Assembly: GCA_902799835.1 (NCBI GenBank)
Contig: CADCCF010000004.1
Coordinates: forward strand, 150,032 to 214,031
Direction: 5' to 3'
Length of the DNA: 64,000 bases
DNA from: an uncultured Pseudomonadota bacterium
GTDB taxonomy: Bacteria; Pseudomonadota; Alphaproteobacteria; RF32; CAG-239
The position numbers and the translations under genes are program-made. Numbering within the stretch: the first letter of the stretch is position 1; each line of letters opens with the position of its first letter. This document shows positions 48,442 to 57,492 of this stretch, one piece after another. The notes under the pieces are model-generated. The model saw nothing but the letters and a program-made list of their open reading frames with translations, made no database searches and was not told the origin of the DNA.

Positions 48442-49653
48442 ATGACTATTGCCAGCTTTATCCCTTCGGTTACCGGTCTAAGCGCCATGAGCCATTCGCT
48501 CAACACTGTCGCCGACAACATTGTCAACATGAACACAACCGGTTATAAGCAGAAGAACACTTTGTTTAATACAATGCTGGGCAACAAAGGTTTTAATTAC
48601 GGTTCACAAAGTGGTTTACATTCTTCACGCGTGGCCATTACCGGTGTCAATACTTGGGACAGAGACAACATCTTACAGCAAGGTCTGATCTCTAACACGG
48701 GTAAAACTTTTGATGTTGCCATTTCAAACAGTCACAATGCATTTTTTACCGTCACTGATGATGCCGGCAATATTTTCTACACTCGTGCCGGTGATTTTTC
48801 CAAAATTACTAATGATGGCGTAACTTATCTTCAAACCAGTGGCGGGCTTCATGTTTTGGGTTTCAAATCAATTTCCGGAGGCGATGAATTTTCCTCTGCC
48901 GCTGAAGAAATAATTATTGATGCTCCTGATTATATACCACAACGTGAGACAACTCATGTAAATGTATTGGCCAATGTCCCCTCCCAAGATGTCACCAGCA
49001 GTATCTATACTATCGGCATCTATTCTAACAGCTATGATGGTGCTGATCTTAACATGATATTTACCAAAGATGAAACCAAAGAAAATTCTTGGCTTTTGTC
49101 TTTCAACTTACAAGAAGGAACCGCCACCGGCGACGCTAGTGAAGTAATGTTTAACAGCGACGGCACCTTGCGCTCACCGCAAGTTGTCAATACCACCATC
49201 AATTGGGATGATGGATCTTCCAGTACAATTGCTATTGACATCAGTGAAATGACGCAATTTGCATCATCTTCACAAATTACCAAAATCGAACAAGACGGCT
49301 CACCATCAGCCAACTTAACCGGTTTTGCCTTTGATACCGATGGCGTCTTAAAAGCTCTTTATGGCAGTTCTGCACCTTACAACATTGCTAAATTGGCGAT
49401 TACCGGCTTTACGGCTCCGGAAAATCTTGATCCTTACAATACCACGCTTTATACAGCCAATGCCGATGTCGGAAACAGCTTTTATGTTGACACCACAGAA
49501 TTAGTCACCCCCAACTCAATTGAACGATCCACTGTTGACTTGGCCGAAGAATTTTCCAAAATGATTGTAACGCAACGCGCCTACTCTCTTAATGCGCAAA
49601 GCTTTACCGTCAATGATGAAATGCTGTCATTATTGATTGACTTAAAGAGTTGA
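48442..49653 (+). CDS. Flagellar hook/rod family protein (FlgE-like paralog, 403 aa)
   Basis: N-terminus SGLSAMSHSLNTVADNIVNMNTTGYK. C-terminus STVDLAEEFSKMIVTQRAYS. GGGAGG ribosome-binding site. The ORF-track start at 48325 is an upstream extension through the promoter. Confidence 0.75.
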   Translation: MTIASFIPSVTGLSAMSHSLNTVADNIVNMNTTGYKQKNTLFNTMLGNKGFNYGSQSGLHSSRVAITGVNTWDRDNILQQGLISNTGKTFDVAISNSHNAFFTVTDDAGNIFYTRAGDFSKITNDGVTYLQTSGGLHVLGFKSISGGDEFSSAAEEIIIDAPDYIPQRETTHVNVLANVPSQDVTSSIYTIGIYSNSYDGADLNMIFTKDETKENSWLLSFNLQEGTATGDASEVMFNSDGTLRSPQVVNTTINWDDGSSSTIAIDISEMTQFASSSQITKIEQDGSPSANLTGFAFDTDGVLKALYGSSAPYNIAKLAITGFTAPENLDPYNTTLYTANADVGNSFYVDTTELVTPNSIERSTVDLAEEFSKMIVTQRAYSLNAQSFTVNDEMLSLLIDLKS

Positions 49654-50084
49654 CGATTATGCTGGTTAAAGCCTTTTGGATTGTGTGGAATTGGTGGTTT
49701 AAATTGCCTGACAAAATTCGTTTTTTGTTGGTAGGTGGTTTTAATGCCTGTGTTCAATATGCCCTATATGCATTGATAATTTATTTTTGGGGACAACAAC
49801 TATATCAAACCGCTTTAATTTTATCTTGGGTAATTTCCACCTTCTCATCTTTTACCACTCAAAAAATATTTGTCTTCTGCACCCGTGGAAAATTAAAAGA
49901 CTGGCTCCGTGAATATATCAAGTGTTTGGGCACTTGGGTATTAGCTTATATCATCAATGCTGTTATCTTAGAACTGTTGGTAAACTTTTTGGGGCTAAAT
50001 CCTTATATCGCCCAAATTATTGCAATATCTTGCACCACAATTACCAGCTATATCATGATGAAGTATTTTGCTTTTAAGCACTAA
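49650..50084 (+). CDS. GtrA-family membrane protein
   Basis: 4-TM protein with a GtrA-like N-terminus (FLLVGGFNACVQYALY). Overlaps the upstream stop by 4 nt. Confidence 0.5.
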   Translation: MTIMLVKAFWIVWNWWFKLPDKIRFLLVGGFNACVQYALYALIIYFWGQQLYQTALILSWVISTFSSFTTQKIFVFCTRGKLKDWLREYIKCLGTWVLAYIINAVILELLVNFLGLNPYIAQIIAISCTTITSYIMMKYFAFKH

Positions 50085-50120
50085 AAAAGCCTGCCATTGC
50101 AATTGGGCAGGCTTTTTTTT
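50085..50120. terminator. Bidirectional terminator
   Basis: AAAAAAGCCTGCCATTGCAATTGGGCAGGCTTTTTTTT. Confidence 0.7.
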
Positions 50121-50132
50121 AATTGCATTATC

Positions 50133-50462
50133 TTATTTTTTAGCCGTAGCTTTGAAAGCTGAAATTGGATTCAATACAATCGATTTAACATTCTTCAAAG
50201 CAGCTTTAGCTGAAGCAGTCTTAGTTGACTTTGTTGCTTTTTTATTCAATCCGGTAGTCTTTTTGCAAGAATTTAATGACATATTGGACTTCTTGGCTGA
50301 AAAAGCAGCATTAACTGAAAGCTGATGGATAGCAGCATCCCAATCGCTCAAAGCTGTACCTTGTTTGCAACCATTGTTTTTCCAAATATAATAAGCAGCT
50401 TCTCTGATAGCATCTTCACTAAAATTATACATAACAGTTCTCCCAACAAAAATATTTATCAT
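50133..50462 (-). CDS. DUF2934-like small protein
   Basis: N-terminal motif IREAAYYIWKNNGCKQGTALSDWDAAIHQL typical of DUF2934, followed by a Lys/Ala-rich tail. Confidence 0.45.
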   Translation of the reverse strand: MINIFVGRTVMYNFSEDAIREAAYYIWKNNGCKQGTALSDWDAAIHQLSVNAAFSAKKSNMSLNSCKKTTGLNKKATKSTKTASAKAALKNVKSIVLNPISAFKATAKK

Positions 50463-50515
50463 TCGTTGTGTATTAGTAAACTGCTTAGGTTAATAAATGG
50501 TTTATATTTGAAAAA

Positions 50516-50950
50516 TTATTTATTTTCTTTATTACGACGCAATTTTTGCTCACGCAACTCTTGTTTCAAAGCCCTTTCTTCGGCACGTTTCTTAGCCATT
50601 TCTGTAAAACGTGATTCTGAAACTTCTTGCTCTTTTTGCAATATCTCTATTTTCTCTTTTTCAGCTTCTTCTTTTGCCTTTTTCTGAAAACGTGATGCAT
50701 GCTCATCTTTTCGCTTCATTGCTTCTTCATATTTTTTTTCACGAGCCTCGGTATTAGCTATCGCCTTTTTCTTAAATCGATTGGTTTCTTCGGCTCTTTC
50801 TTTTTTAATTTTTTCCAATCTTTCATTATAAACTTTTTCCGCACGACTCATCAAAGGCGTTTCTTCTGCTTTTTTCTCCTCTGCTTGTGCAACCTTAAAC
50901 TGCAGTGTTGCCCCCAACAACATCATCAAAAAGACGCTCCATTTTTTCAT
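50516..50950 (-). CDS. Secreted Lys/Glu-rich coiled-coil protein (hypothetical)
   Basis: Signal peptide MKKWSVFLMMLLGATLQFKVAQA, then a KE-rich helical region. Confidence 0.4.
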   Translation of the reverse strand: MKKWSVFLMMLLGATLQFKVAQAEEKKAEETPLMSRAEKVYNERLEKIKKERAEETNRFKKKAIANTEAREKKYEEAMKRKDEHASRFQKKAKEEAEKEKIEILQKEQEVSESRFTEMAKKRAEERALKQELREQKLRRNKENK

Positions 50951-51059
50951 AACATATCCTCCTAACACAAAATATAATTTATATTTAAACTTATTTGTTT
51001 GACTAATCAAGTTTTAAGTGCAAAAAATATATAGTAGTAACTTGTTGAAAGAGACTAAA

Positions 51060-51455
51060 ATGAAAGAAATAACCGTAGCCGCGGCTGCTTTACGCAAAGG
51101 CAATCGCATTTTTATAGCCAAGCGCCCTGCTAATAAACTTCCGGCTCTAGTTTGGGAACTCCCCGGTGGAAAACCGGAACCCGGTGAAACCTTACCGCAA
51201 ACCTTAAAACGCGAACTCAAAGAAGAGTTAAATATCGACACCGTTATCGGAGATTTTATTGCCCAAACTACCCATATTTATGACTTTGCCCAAGTTACCA
51301 TAAATCTGTTTTGGGCATCTTTACAAAATGAAAATGATATCATTACCGATGATGAACACGTCGAAACGGCTTGGGTTACTTCACAACAACTTGATAATTA
51401 TGAATTTGCTCAAGCGGATATTCCCTTAATTACTCAATTAAAAAACTTGTTTTAA
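51060..51455 (+). CDS. mutT: Nudix hydrolase (MutT-like 8-oxo-dGTP diphosphatase)
   Basis: Nudix box GGKPEPGETLPQTLKRELKEELNI. Confidence 0.8.
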   Translation: MKEITVAAAALRKGNRIFIAKRPANKLPALVWELPGGKPEPGETLPQTLKRELKEELNIDTVIGDFIAQTTHIYDFAQVTINLFWASLQNENDIITDDEHVETAWVTSQQLDNYEFAQADIPLITQLKNLF

Positions 51456-51456
51456 C

Positions 51457-51491
51457 AAAAATCCCTTTGACCAACTATCAAAGGGATTTTT
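51457..51491. terminator. Bidirectional terminator
   Basis: AAAAATCCCTTTGACCAACTATCAAAGGGATTTTT. Confidence 0.7.
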
Positions 51492-51506
51492 CTTTATATT
51501 TCATAT

Positions 51507-51989
51507 TTATTTGGCTTTGCTTTTCAATGCCTTCTTTTTAGGAGCACTTGAATTGCTTACAATAATCGGTACAACCACATCCGATACTTTAGGCTGCTCA
51601 ATTGAGGTAATGGTTGTTTTTCTGGTGCAACGACCATCAATGTATGCTCCTGGCTCAATAGCTATGCTGTTGTGAGTAGCATCACCCAACAATTTAGCCG
51701 TCTTGGCTATAAATAAATCATTAACCTCAGCCTTACCTTTTAATGTGCCGAACAACTGCAAATTTGCCACCTTAATTGCTCCGGAAACCATTCCTTTTGT
51801 ACCGATAATTAACTCATCACAGGTAATATCACCTTCAATCTGACCATCAACATGAACTATACCGTCACTAATCATATCGCCATTGATTCGTGTATTTTCA
51901 CTGACGATTGTCGGCACCGGAGCCCCTGCATTGTTATGACTGAGCTTACGAGCTAATTTGACATAAATCAATCTTTTCAAATTTTTCAT
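51507..51989 (-). CDS. Bactofilin
   Basis: Beta-helical bactofilin (DUF583) repeat pattern with G/N turns throughout. Size 160 aa. Confidence 0.8.
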   Translation of the reverse strand: MKNLKRLIYVKLARKLSHNNAGAPVPTIVSENTRINGDMISDGIVHVDGQIEGDITCDELIIGTKGMVSGAIKVANLQLFGTLKGKAEVNDLFIAKTAKLLGDATHNSIAIEPGAYIDGRCTRKTTITSIEQPKVSDVVVPIIVSNSSAPKKKALKSKAK

Positions 51990-52006
51990 CTTTCACATCT
52001 CCATTT

Positions 52007-53233
52007 TTAAGAAATTTTAGCCTGTATAAACGGCATCGGATCCACCGGCCTTCCTTGATAAAGTACCTCATAGTGCAAATGCGGTCCGGTTGAGCGTCCG
52101 GTTGACCCAACCTCGCCAATAGCTGCATTAACACCTAAAACATCGCCTTCCTTGACATATATTTTTGACATATGAGCATATTTGGTTGAAAAACCGTTAC
52201 CATGATCAACCACCACCAAATTACCATATCCGCGATTAGAATACTCAACTTTGGTTACTCTGCCTTTAGCCATAATTCGAATCTTATTACCCGGACGTGA
52301 TGCCAAATCGATTCCCTTATGTCCGGTTATTTTCCTATTAAACGGATCACTGCGTGCTCCGAACTTTGAGCTTACCCAATAACTCCAAACTGGCTTACCG
52401 AAAGGCAAACCTAAAGCCACTTCACGATAATACTCAACATCATCAACTACTTTATATATATTAGAAATTTTATCAATAATAACTTTATCTTTCAGCTCAA
52501 TAAAAGACTCCTTATCCGGCAACCCGCCTTTTGAATCTCTTTTCTTAGAGTTAGCCAACGGATTAAAATACAATCCTTGTGCTTTCAAAGCTCCGTTAAT
52601 TTTAGAAAAAGAATTCTTAATCTTGTTAATCTCACTCGAAGCTATTGCCTCAACCTTGTTAAATACGTCCAACTCAGCTTTCTTAATGTTGTTGACTGCA
52701 ACTTCCATATCATTGAGCTGCTCACGCAAGGCATCTCTTTCCGCCGCTGCCAAATCACGTTGCAAAATTGCCTCGTTTAAATCAATCTTTTCATTGACTT
52801 TTTGGTCATCCCACCCTTTTTCTGCACTGAGCTGCTTTATTTTATCTTCAACAATCAGCGCTTTTTTCTTGTAAGTTTCTATTTCCTTATTTTTGCTTGA
52901 ACTCAAAACTTCATCAATATTTCGTTGTATAGCCATAAAATCGCCCATCAATTCATCATAGGCATCTTTTGTGCGAACCAACTCCATATCTTTCTTGTAT
53001 ATTATGCGATCTGACTTATTGTAAACATGATAAGCCCTCATCCCCCAAACACTAGCTAGCAATAGAACAATCAATGCCACAATCTGAAATCGCGACGATA
53101 ATTTAATAACACGTGCATTACCACCGGAACGAAAAATAATTTCTTTCTCGGCAAAAAACTCTTTTCTCTCCGTATAACGAGGAGAATATGTACGTTTTAT
53201 CTTACGATTGTAGCGCATATTTAAATCAGTCAC
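52007..53233 (-). CDS. M23 family metallopeptidase (LytM/LmdC-like) with N-terminal TM and coiled-coil
   Basis: M23 motifs HKGIDLA and HLHYEV. TM anchor, then a long coiled-coil. Confidence 0.8.
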   Translation of the reverse strand: MTDLNMRYNRKIKRTYSPRYTERKEFFAEKEIIFRSGGNARVIKLSSRFQIVALIVLLLASVWGMRAYHVYNKSDRIIYKKDMELVRTKDAYDELMGDFMAIQRNIDEVLSSSKNKEIETYKKKALIVEDKIKQLSAEKGWDDQKVNEKIDLNEAILQRDLAAAERDALREQLNDMEVAVNNIKKAELDVFNKVEAIASSEINKIKNSFSKINGALKAQGLYFNPLANSKKRDSKGGLPDKESFIELKDKVIIDKISNIYKVVDDVEYYREVALGLPFGKPVWSYWVSSKFGARSDPFNRKITGHKGIDLASRPGNKIRIMAKGRVTKVEYSNRGYGNLVVVDHGNGFSTKYAHMSKIYVKEGDVLGVNAAIGEVGSTGRSTGPHLHYEVLYQGRPVDPMPFIQAKIS

Positions 53234-53317
53234 AGTTCATACCATTGTCCATCTATAACATAAAATAAAAAAAAATAAACTATTTTATTAATTAACTAAC
53301 ATTTAAAATAAATTGGT

Positions 53318-53410
53318 GGCGCAAATTCAAGTCTCTACTCCACCTTTTCATACAAAAAAAACACCCGCAAGGGGTGTTCTTTTGTTTTGCGCGGATTATG
53401 AGACTACTCC
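53318..53410. repeat. Tandem duplicate (copy A) of the segment carrying a terminator hairpin and the tRNA-His 3' end
   Basis: About 90 bp nearly identical to 53503..53590 (AAGTCTCTACTCCACC...ACACCCGCAAGGGGTGTTCTTTTGT...GGATTATGAGACT). Confidence 0.7.
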
Positions 53411-53562
53411 GCTGTCGCTTTGTTCACTGCGTTCATTCGGCTTTGCCTCACCGGCACACTTTCGTGTGCCTTTCACTTGTAGTCGAACTCACTTCTCGTG
53501 AGTTCAAGTCTCTACTCCACCTTTCCATACAAAAAAACACCCGCAAGGGGTGTTCTTTTGTA

Positions 53563-53640
53563 TGGGGCGGATTATGAGACTCGAACTCACGACATCTGGT
53601 ACCACAAACCAGCGCTCTAACCAACTGAGCTAAATCCGCC
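53563..53640 (-). tRNA. tRNA-His (anticodon GTG) with encoded G-1 and CCA
   Basis: The reverse strand reads G-GCGGATT-TA-GCTC-AGTTGGTTA-GAGC-G-CTGGT-TTGTGGT-ACCAG-ATGTC-GTGAG-TTCGAGT-CTCAT-AATCCGC-C-CCA. A G-1:C73 pair is present. Confidence 0.85.
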
Positions 53641-53779
53641 AGCAAAATCTACCCTCTTTTAACGACTATCAAAAACAAAGTCAAGATAATTTTATAAAAA
53701 AAATTCCTTGTTAAGAATTTATTTGCTTTTTTGTTTTTATAATAAACCAAAATAAATTAGAATTTATGAGGATTGCAAA

Positions 53780-54949
53780 TTGTACAAGAAATTTACCTTT
53801 GTATTAAGTGTACTTGCTGTCGCTATGCTTTGCAGTAGTAGTGCTGTTGCTGGTAAAATAAAACGCACCCAATCTTCCATCGTGATTGACGCATCAACCG
53901 GCAAGGTTATCGCTTCATCCAATGCTGATGAACGTCGTTATCCAGCATCATTAACTAAACTAATGACACTTTATATTGCCTTTGACGCACTCGATAAAGG
54001 CACTTTAAAACTTTCTGACCGATTGAAAGTATCCCGTCATGCGGCTAATCGTGCCCCTTCAAAAATCGGAGTTCGTGCCGGCGAGACCATCTCGGTTGAT
54101 GATACAATCAAGGCTTTAATAGTAAAATCAGCCAATGACTGTGCCACAGTATTAGCTGAAGCCTTGGGTGGCAGTGAGGAAAATTTCGCTAAAATAATGA
54201 CCAAAACTGCTCAGGATTTGGGTATGAAACATACAACTTTCAGAAATGCCTCCGGACTTCCTGATCCCAAACAAAAAACTACAGCTCGCGATATGGCCAT
54301 TTTAGGCAGTGCGGTTTATCACCATTTTCCCGAATATTATAATTTGTTTTCAATCACTGAATTTACCTACAAAGGAACAACCTATACAACCCACAATCAT
54401 TTGTTAAAAAAATTCAGCGGTACGGATGGAATGAAAACAGGTTATACAGCAGCAGCCGGATACAATATTGTAACTTCTGCCGAACGTAATGGCAATCGAG
54501 TTATCGCTGTAACCATGGGACACAACAGTATAAAAGAACGCGACTATAAAGTTGCATCTCTAATGCATGACGGCCTACAAAAAATTGCCAATCGTCACAA
54601 TCATCGCATGTTTGCCAAACTTGATGTTGAACCCAAAATCAACACTAATAAAAATTTCCAATATAATGACGCAGCGTGGGCAATTCAAGTTGGAGCTTTT
54701 TCTAACTATGCCAAGGCGCATAAATATGCCCTCGATATCCAAAATTCTCTGCGTCCGGCATATGCCGCCAAAACATCAGTTAATGTAGAGCCTTATTCTA
54801 AAGGATACGCCGTAGTTTATCGTTCGCAAATTGTCGGATTGAAAAAAAATGAAGCGGATAAGTCATGTTATCAATTGCAACATGAAAAAAAATCCTGTAT
54901 CGTCATCCCGAATGATGTTTTGAAACAATTTGCAATGGCTGATAAATAA
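53780..54949 (+). CDS. D-alanyl-D-alanine carboxypeptidase (PBP5/6 family) with C-terminal SPOR domain
   Basis: SxxK motif (ASLTKLMT), SxN motif (KSANDCA) and KTG motif (KTGYT). SPOR-like C-terminus (WAIQVGAFSNYAKA...). Confidence 0.8.
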   Translation: MYKKFTFVLSVLAVAMLCSSSAVAGKIKRTQSSIVIDASTGKVIASSNADERRYPASLTKLMTLYIAFDALDKGTLKLSDRLKVSRHAANRAPSKIGVRAGETISVDDTIKALIVKSANDCATVLAEALGGSEENFAKIMTKTAQDLGMKHTTFRNASGLPDPKQKTTARDMAILGSAVYHHFPEYYNLFSITEFTYKGTTYTTHNHLLKKFSGTDGMKTGYTAAAGYNIVTSAERNGNRVIAVTMGHNSIKERDYKVASLMHDGLQKIANRHNHRMFAKLDVEPKINTNKNFQYNDAAWAIQVGAFSNYAKAHKYALDIQNSLRPAYAAKTSVNVEPYSKGYAVVYRSQIVGLKKNEADKSCYQLQHEKKSCIVIPNDVLKQFAMADK

Positions 54950-55743
54950 TGGAAACTGGCAAAAAATCCCATATCATAGTAGTTAGCAACGAAAAAGGCG
55001 GTACCGGAAAATCAACATTATCAATGCATCTTGCTATTAAATTGATGTACGAAAATTATAATGTTGCCGTAATGGATTTAGATGGAAGACAAGGTACTTT
55101 AAGTAAATATATTGCAAGTCGTCGCGCTTTTTGCAAAAAGAATAATATAAATTTACCGATTCCTCTTCATTATGAATTTGAACCTTTAGATGACAAATCA
55201 AATGCTCGCGAAGTAAAATCTGTTATTGAAGAGTTATCCTCAAAAGTTGATGCATTGGTTATTGATACACCGGGACATAAAAACTATTTGTTTGATATAG
55301 CTCACCTCTACCCTCACACCTTAGTTACTCCTATTGGTGACAGTTTGATTGATTTATCAGTAATCGCTGACATCGATTCCGATACCGGAGAGATATTGCG
55401 TGCCAGCAATTATGCTGAATATATATGGGAAGTAAAAAAACAACTGGCAGCTAAAGGACTGCCTTATCTTAACTGGGTTGTGTGCGGTAATCGAATTTCA
55501 AATTTACGATCCCATAACAAAGATGTAGTATTCGAAAAGCTCGAAAACATTGCAAAGCTGTATGGTTTTCGCTTTGTCAACGGCCTAAGAGATCGCGTCA
55601 TATACAAGGAATTATTTCTTAACGGTTTGACGGTTCTTGATTTAAATCAACCTGGCTTACTTTCGCGTATGAGCATGTCTCAATTAGCTGCCAAGATTGA
55701 AGTAAATGATTTGGCTGAATTTATCTTTGCTCAAAACGGCTAA
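54949..55743 (+). CDS. mipZ: Division-plane positioning ATPase MipZ (ParA-like)
   Basis: Walker A motif SNEKGGTGKST. MipZ-specific C-terminus GLRDRVIYKELFLNGLTVLDL. Confidence 0.8.
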   Translation: METGKKSHIIVVSNEKGGTGKSTLSMHLAIKLMYENYNVAVMDLDGRQGTLSKYIASRRAFCKKNNINLPIPLHYEFEPLDDKSNAREVKSVIEELSSKVDALVIDTPGHKNYLFDIAHLYPHTLVTPIGDSLIDLSVIADIDSDTGEILRASNYAEYIWEVKKQLAAKGLPYLNWVVCGNRISNLRSHNKDVVFEKLENIAKLYGFRFVNGLRDRVIYKELFLNGLTVLDLNQPGLLSRMSMSQLAAKIEVNDLAEFIFAQNG

Positions 55744-55872
55744 AACTTGCCTTCATTTTTAACAAAAATAAGATAAATAGCATTTGATAACTATTTTATC
55801 TCACTTGTTTTTATGCTTATTTATTGCTAAGTTATTGTCATAATTTATACATATTGAGCACAAGGAGATAAA

Positions 55873-57492
55873 ATGATTACAACTGTTGCAACTCAACCAT
55901 TTTCTGATCAAAAAATGGGAACTGCCGGTTTGCGTCGCAAATCCAAGATTGTGATGCAACCTAACTACATTGAAAATTTTGTACAAAGCATTTTCAATGT
56001 TATCGGTGACCTTTCCAATAAAACTATTTTATTGGGCGGTGACGGGCGTTTTTATAATGACGTTGCCATTCAAAAAATTATCAAAATGGCAGCTGCTAAC
56101 GGCCTAAAGAAATTGGTTGTTGCCAAAGATGGTTTTATTTCAACCCCTGCCGGATCAGTTGTTATTCGCAAATACCAATTAAGCGGAGGTTTTATTCTTT
56201 CAGCTTCACACAACCCCGGTGGTGAAAACGGCGACTTCGGATTAAAATATTCCAATGAATCCGGTGGTCAGGTTCCTACCTCGGTTTCCGATAAGATTCA
56301 ACAAGAAACCTTAAACATTAAGGAATATAAAATATGCCAGGTCAACGATATAGATATTTCACGTATTGGCACATCAAAACTTGAAAATATGGAAATTGAA
56401 GTAATTGACGGTATCAAAGATTATGTCGAAATGATGCAAAACATCTTTGATTTCAGTGCCTTACAAAAATTGGCTCAAAGCGGTTTCACCATGCGTTTTG
56501 ACGCTATGAACGCCGTAACCGGCCCCTATGCTAAAGAAATCTTCGAAAAATTGATCGGTTTTAAAGATGGTTCTGTTGTAAATTACATTCCCAAACCTGA
56601 CTTTGGCGGATTGCATCCTGATCCCAATTTAGTTTATGCTAAAGAATTAGTTGATTATATGTTCTCGGATAAAGCTGCTGATTTTGGTGCTGCCAATGAT
56701 GGTGATGGTGACCGCAATATGATTTTGGGCAAAAGCTTTTTCGTCACACCTAATGACAGTTTAGCAATCATAACTGACAATTTCAAATTGATTCCTTATT
56801 ATGCCAAAGGCATTTATGGTGTTGCTAAATCTGCCGCAACTTCAACTGCCGTAGCCAGAGTAGCTAAAGCCCACAATATTGGATATTATGAAGTTCCGAC
56901 AGGGTGGAAATATTTCGTAAACTTAATGGATTCTAACCGCATTACTTTCTGCGGTGAAGAGAGTTTCGGTACTGGTTCTTCTCACATCAGAGAAAAAGAT
57001 GGTATTTGGGCTGTTTTGTTCTGGCTCAGCATCATTGCCGCAACCGGCAAATCAGTCGAACAAATAACTACTGAACATTGGCAAAAATATGGTCGCAGCT
57101 ATTACATCCGTTTTGATTTCGAAGGAGTTGACACAGCTGTTGCTGACAAATTAATGATTGATTTGGAAAACAAACTTCCATCACTTGGTGGAAAAACTTA
57201 TGGTGAATTCACCATAAAAGAAGCCAAACCTTTTGTTTATAATGATCCGGTTGATGGTTCAATTACTAAAAATGGTTTAGTAATCTACTTTACCGACGGC
57301 TCGCGTATCGTTTATCGTTTATCCGGAACCGGTTCATCCGGAGCGACCATTCGCGTTTATTTGGAACGCCTGCAAACCAAGGATGTTCTCCGAAATCCTC
57401 TTGATATGGTTTCACCTTTAGGAAAGATTGCTCTTGATGTTGCCGAAATACCGGAAAGGACAGGAAAGCACAAAGCCGATGTCATTACTTAG
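55873..57492 (+). CDS. pgm: Phosphoglucomutase (alpha-D-glucose phosphate-specific)
   Basis: Active-site motif SASHNPGG. Metal-binding motif DGDGDRNM. Size 539 aa. Confidence 0.9.
   Translation: MITTVATQPFSDQKMGTAGLRRKSKIVMQPNYIENFVQSIFNVIGDLSNKTILLGGDGRFYNDVAIQKIIKMAAANGLKKLVVAKDGFISTPAGSVVIRKYQLSGGFILSASHNPGGENGDFGLKYSNESGGQVPTSVSDKIQQETLNIKEYKICQVNDIDISRIGTSKLENMEIEVIDGIKDYVEMMQNIFDFSALQKLAQSGFTMRFDAMNAVTGPYAKEIFEKLIGFKDGSVVNYIPKPDFGGLHPDPNLVYAKELVDYMFSDKAADFGAANDGDGDRNMILGKSFFVTPNDSLAIITDNFKLIPYYAKGIYGVAKSAATSTAVARVAKAHNIGYYEVPTGWKYFVNLMDSNRITFCGEESFGTGSSHIREKDGIWAVLFWLSIIAATGKSVEQITTEHWQKYGRSYYIRFDFEGVDTAVADKLMIDLENKLPSLGGKTYGEFTIKEAKPFVYNDPVDGSITKNGLVIYFTDGSRIVYRLSGTGSSGATIRVYLERLQTKDVLRNPLDMVSPLGKIALDVAEIPERTGKHKADVIT

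Noticed and set aside
53313-53645. Small ORFs (62-67 aa) across the tRNA-His region
   Set aside because: The region is made of tRNA-derived repeats and terminator hairpins. The ORFs are fortuitous.
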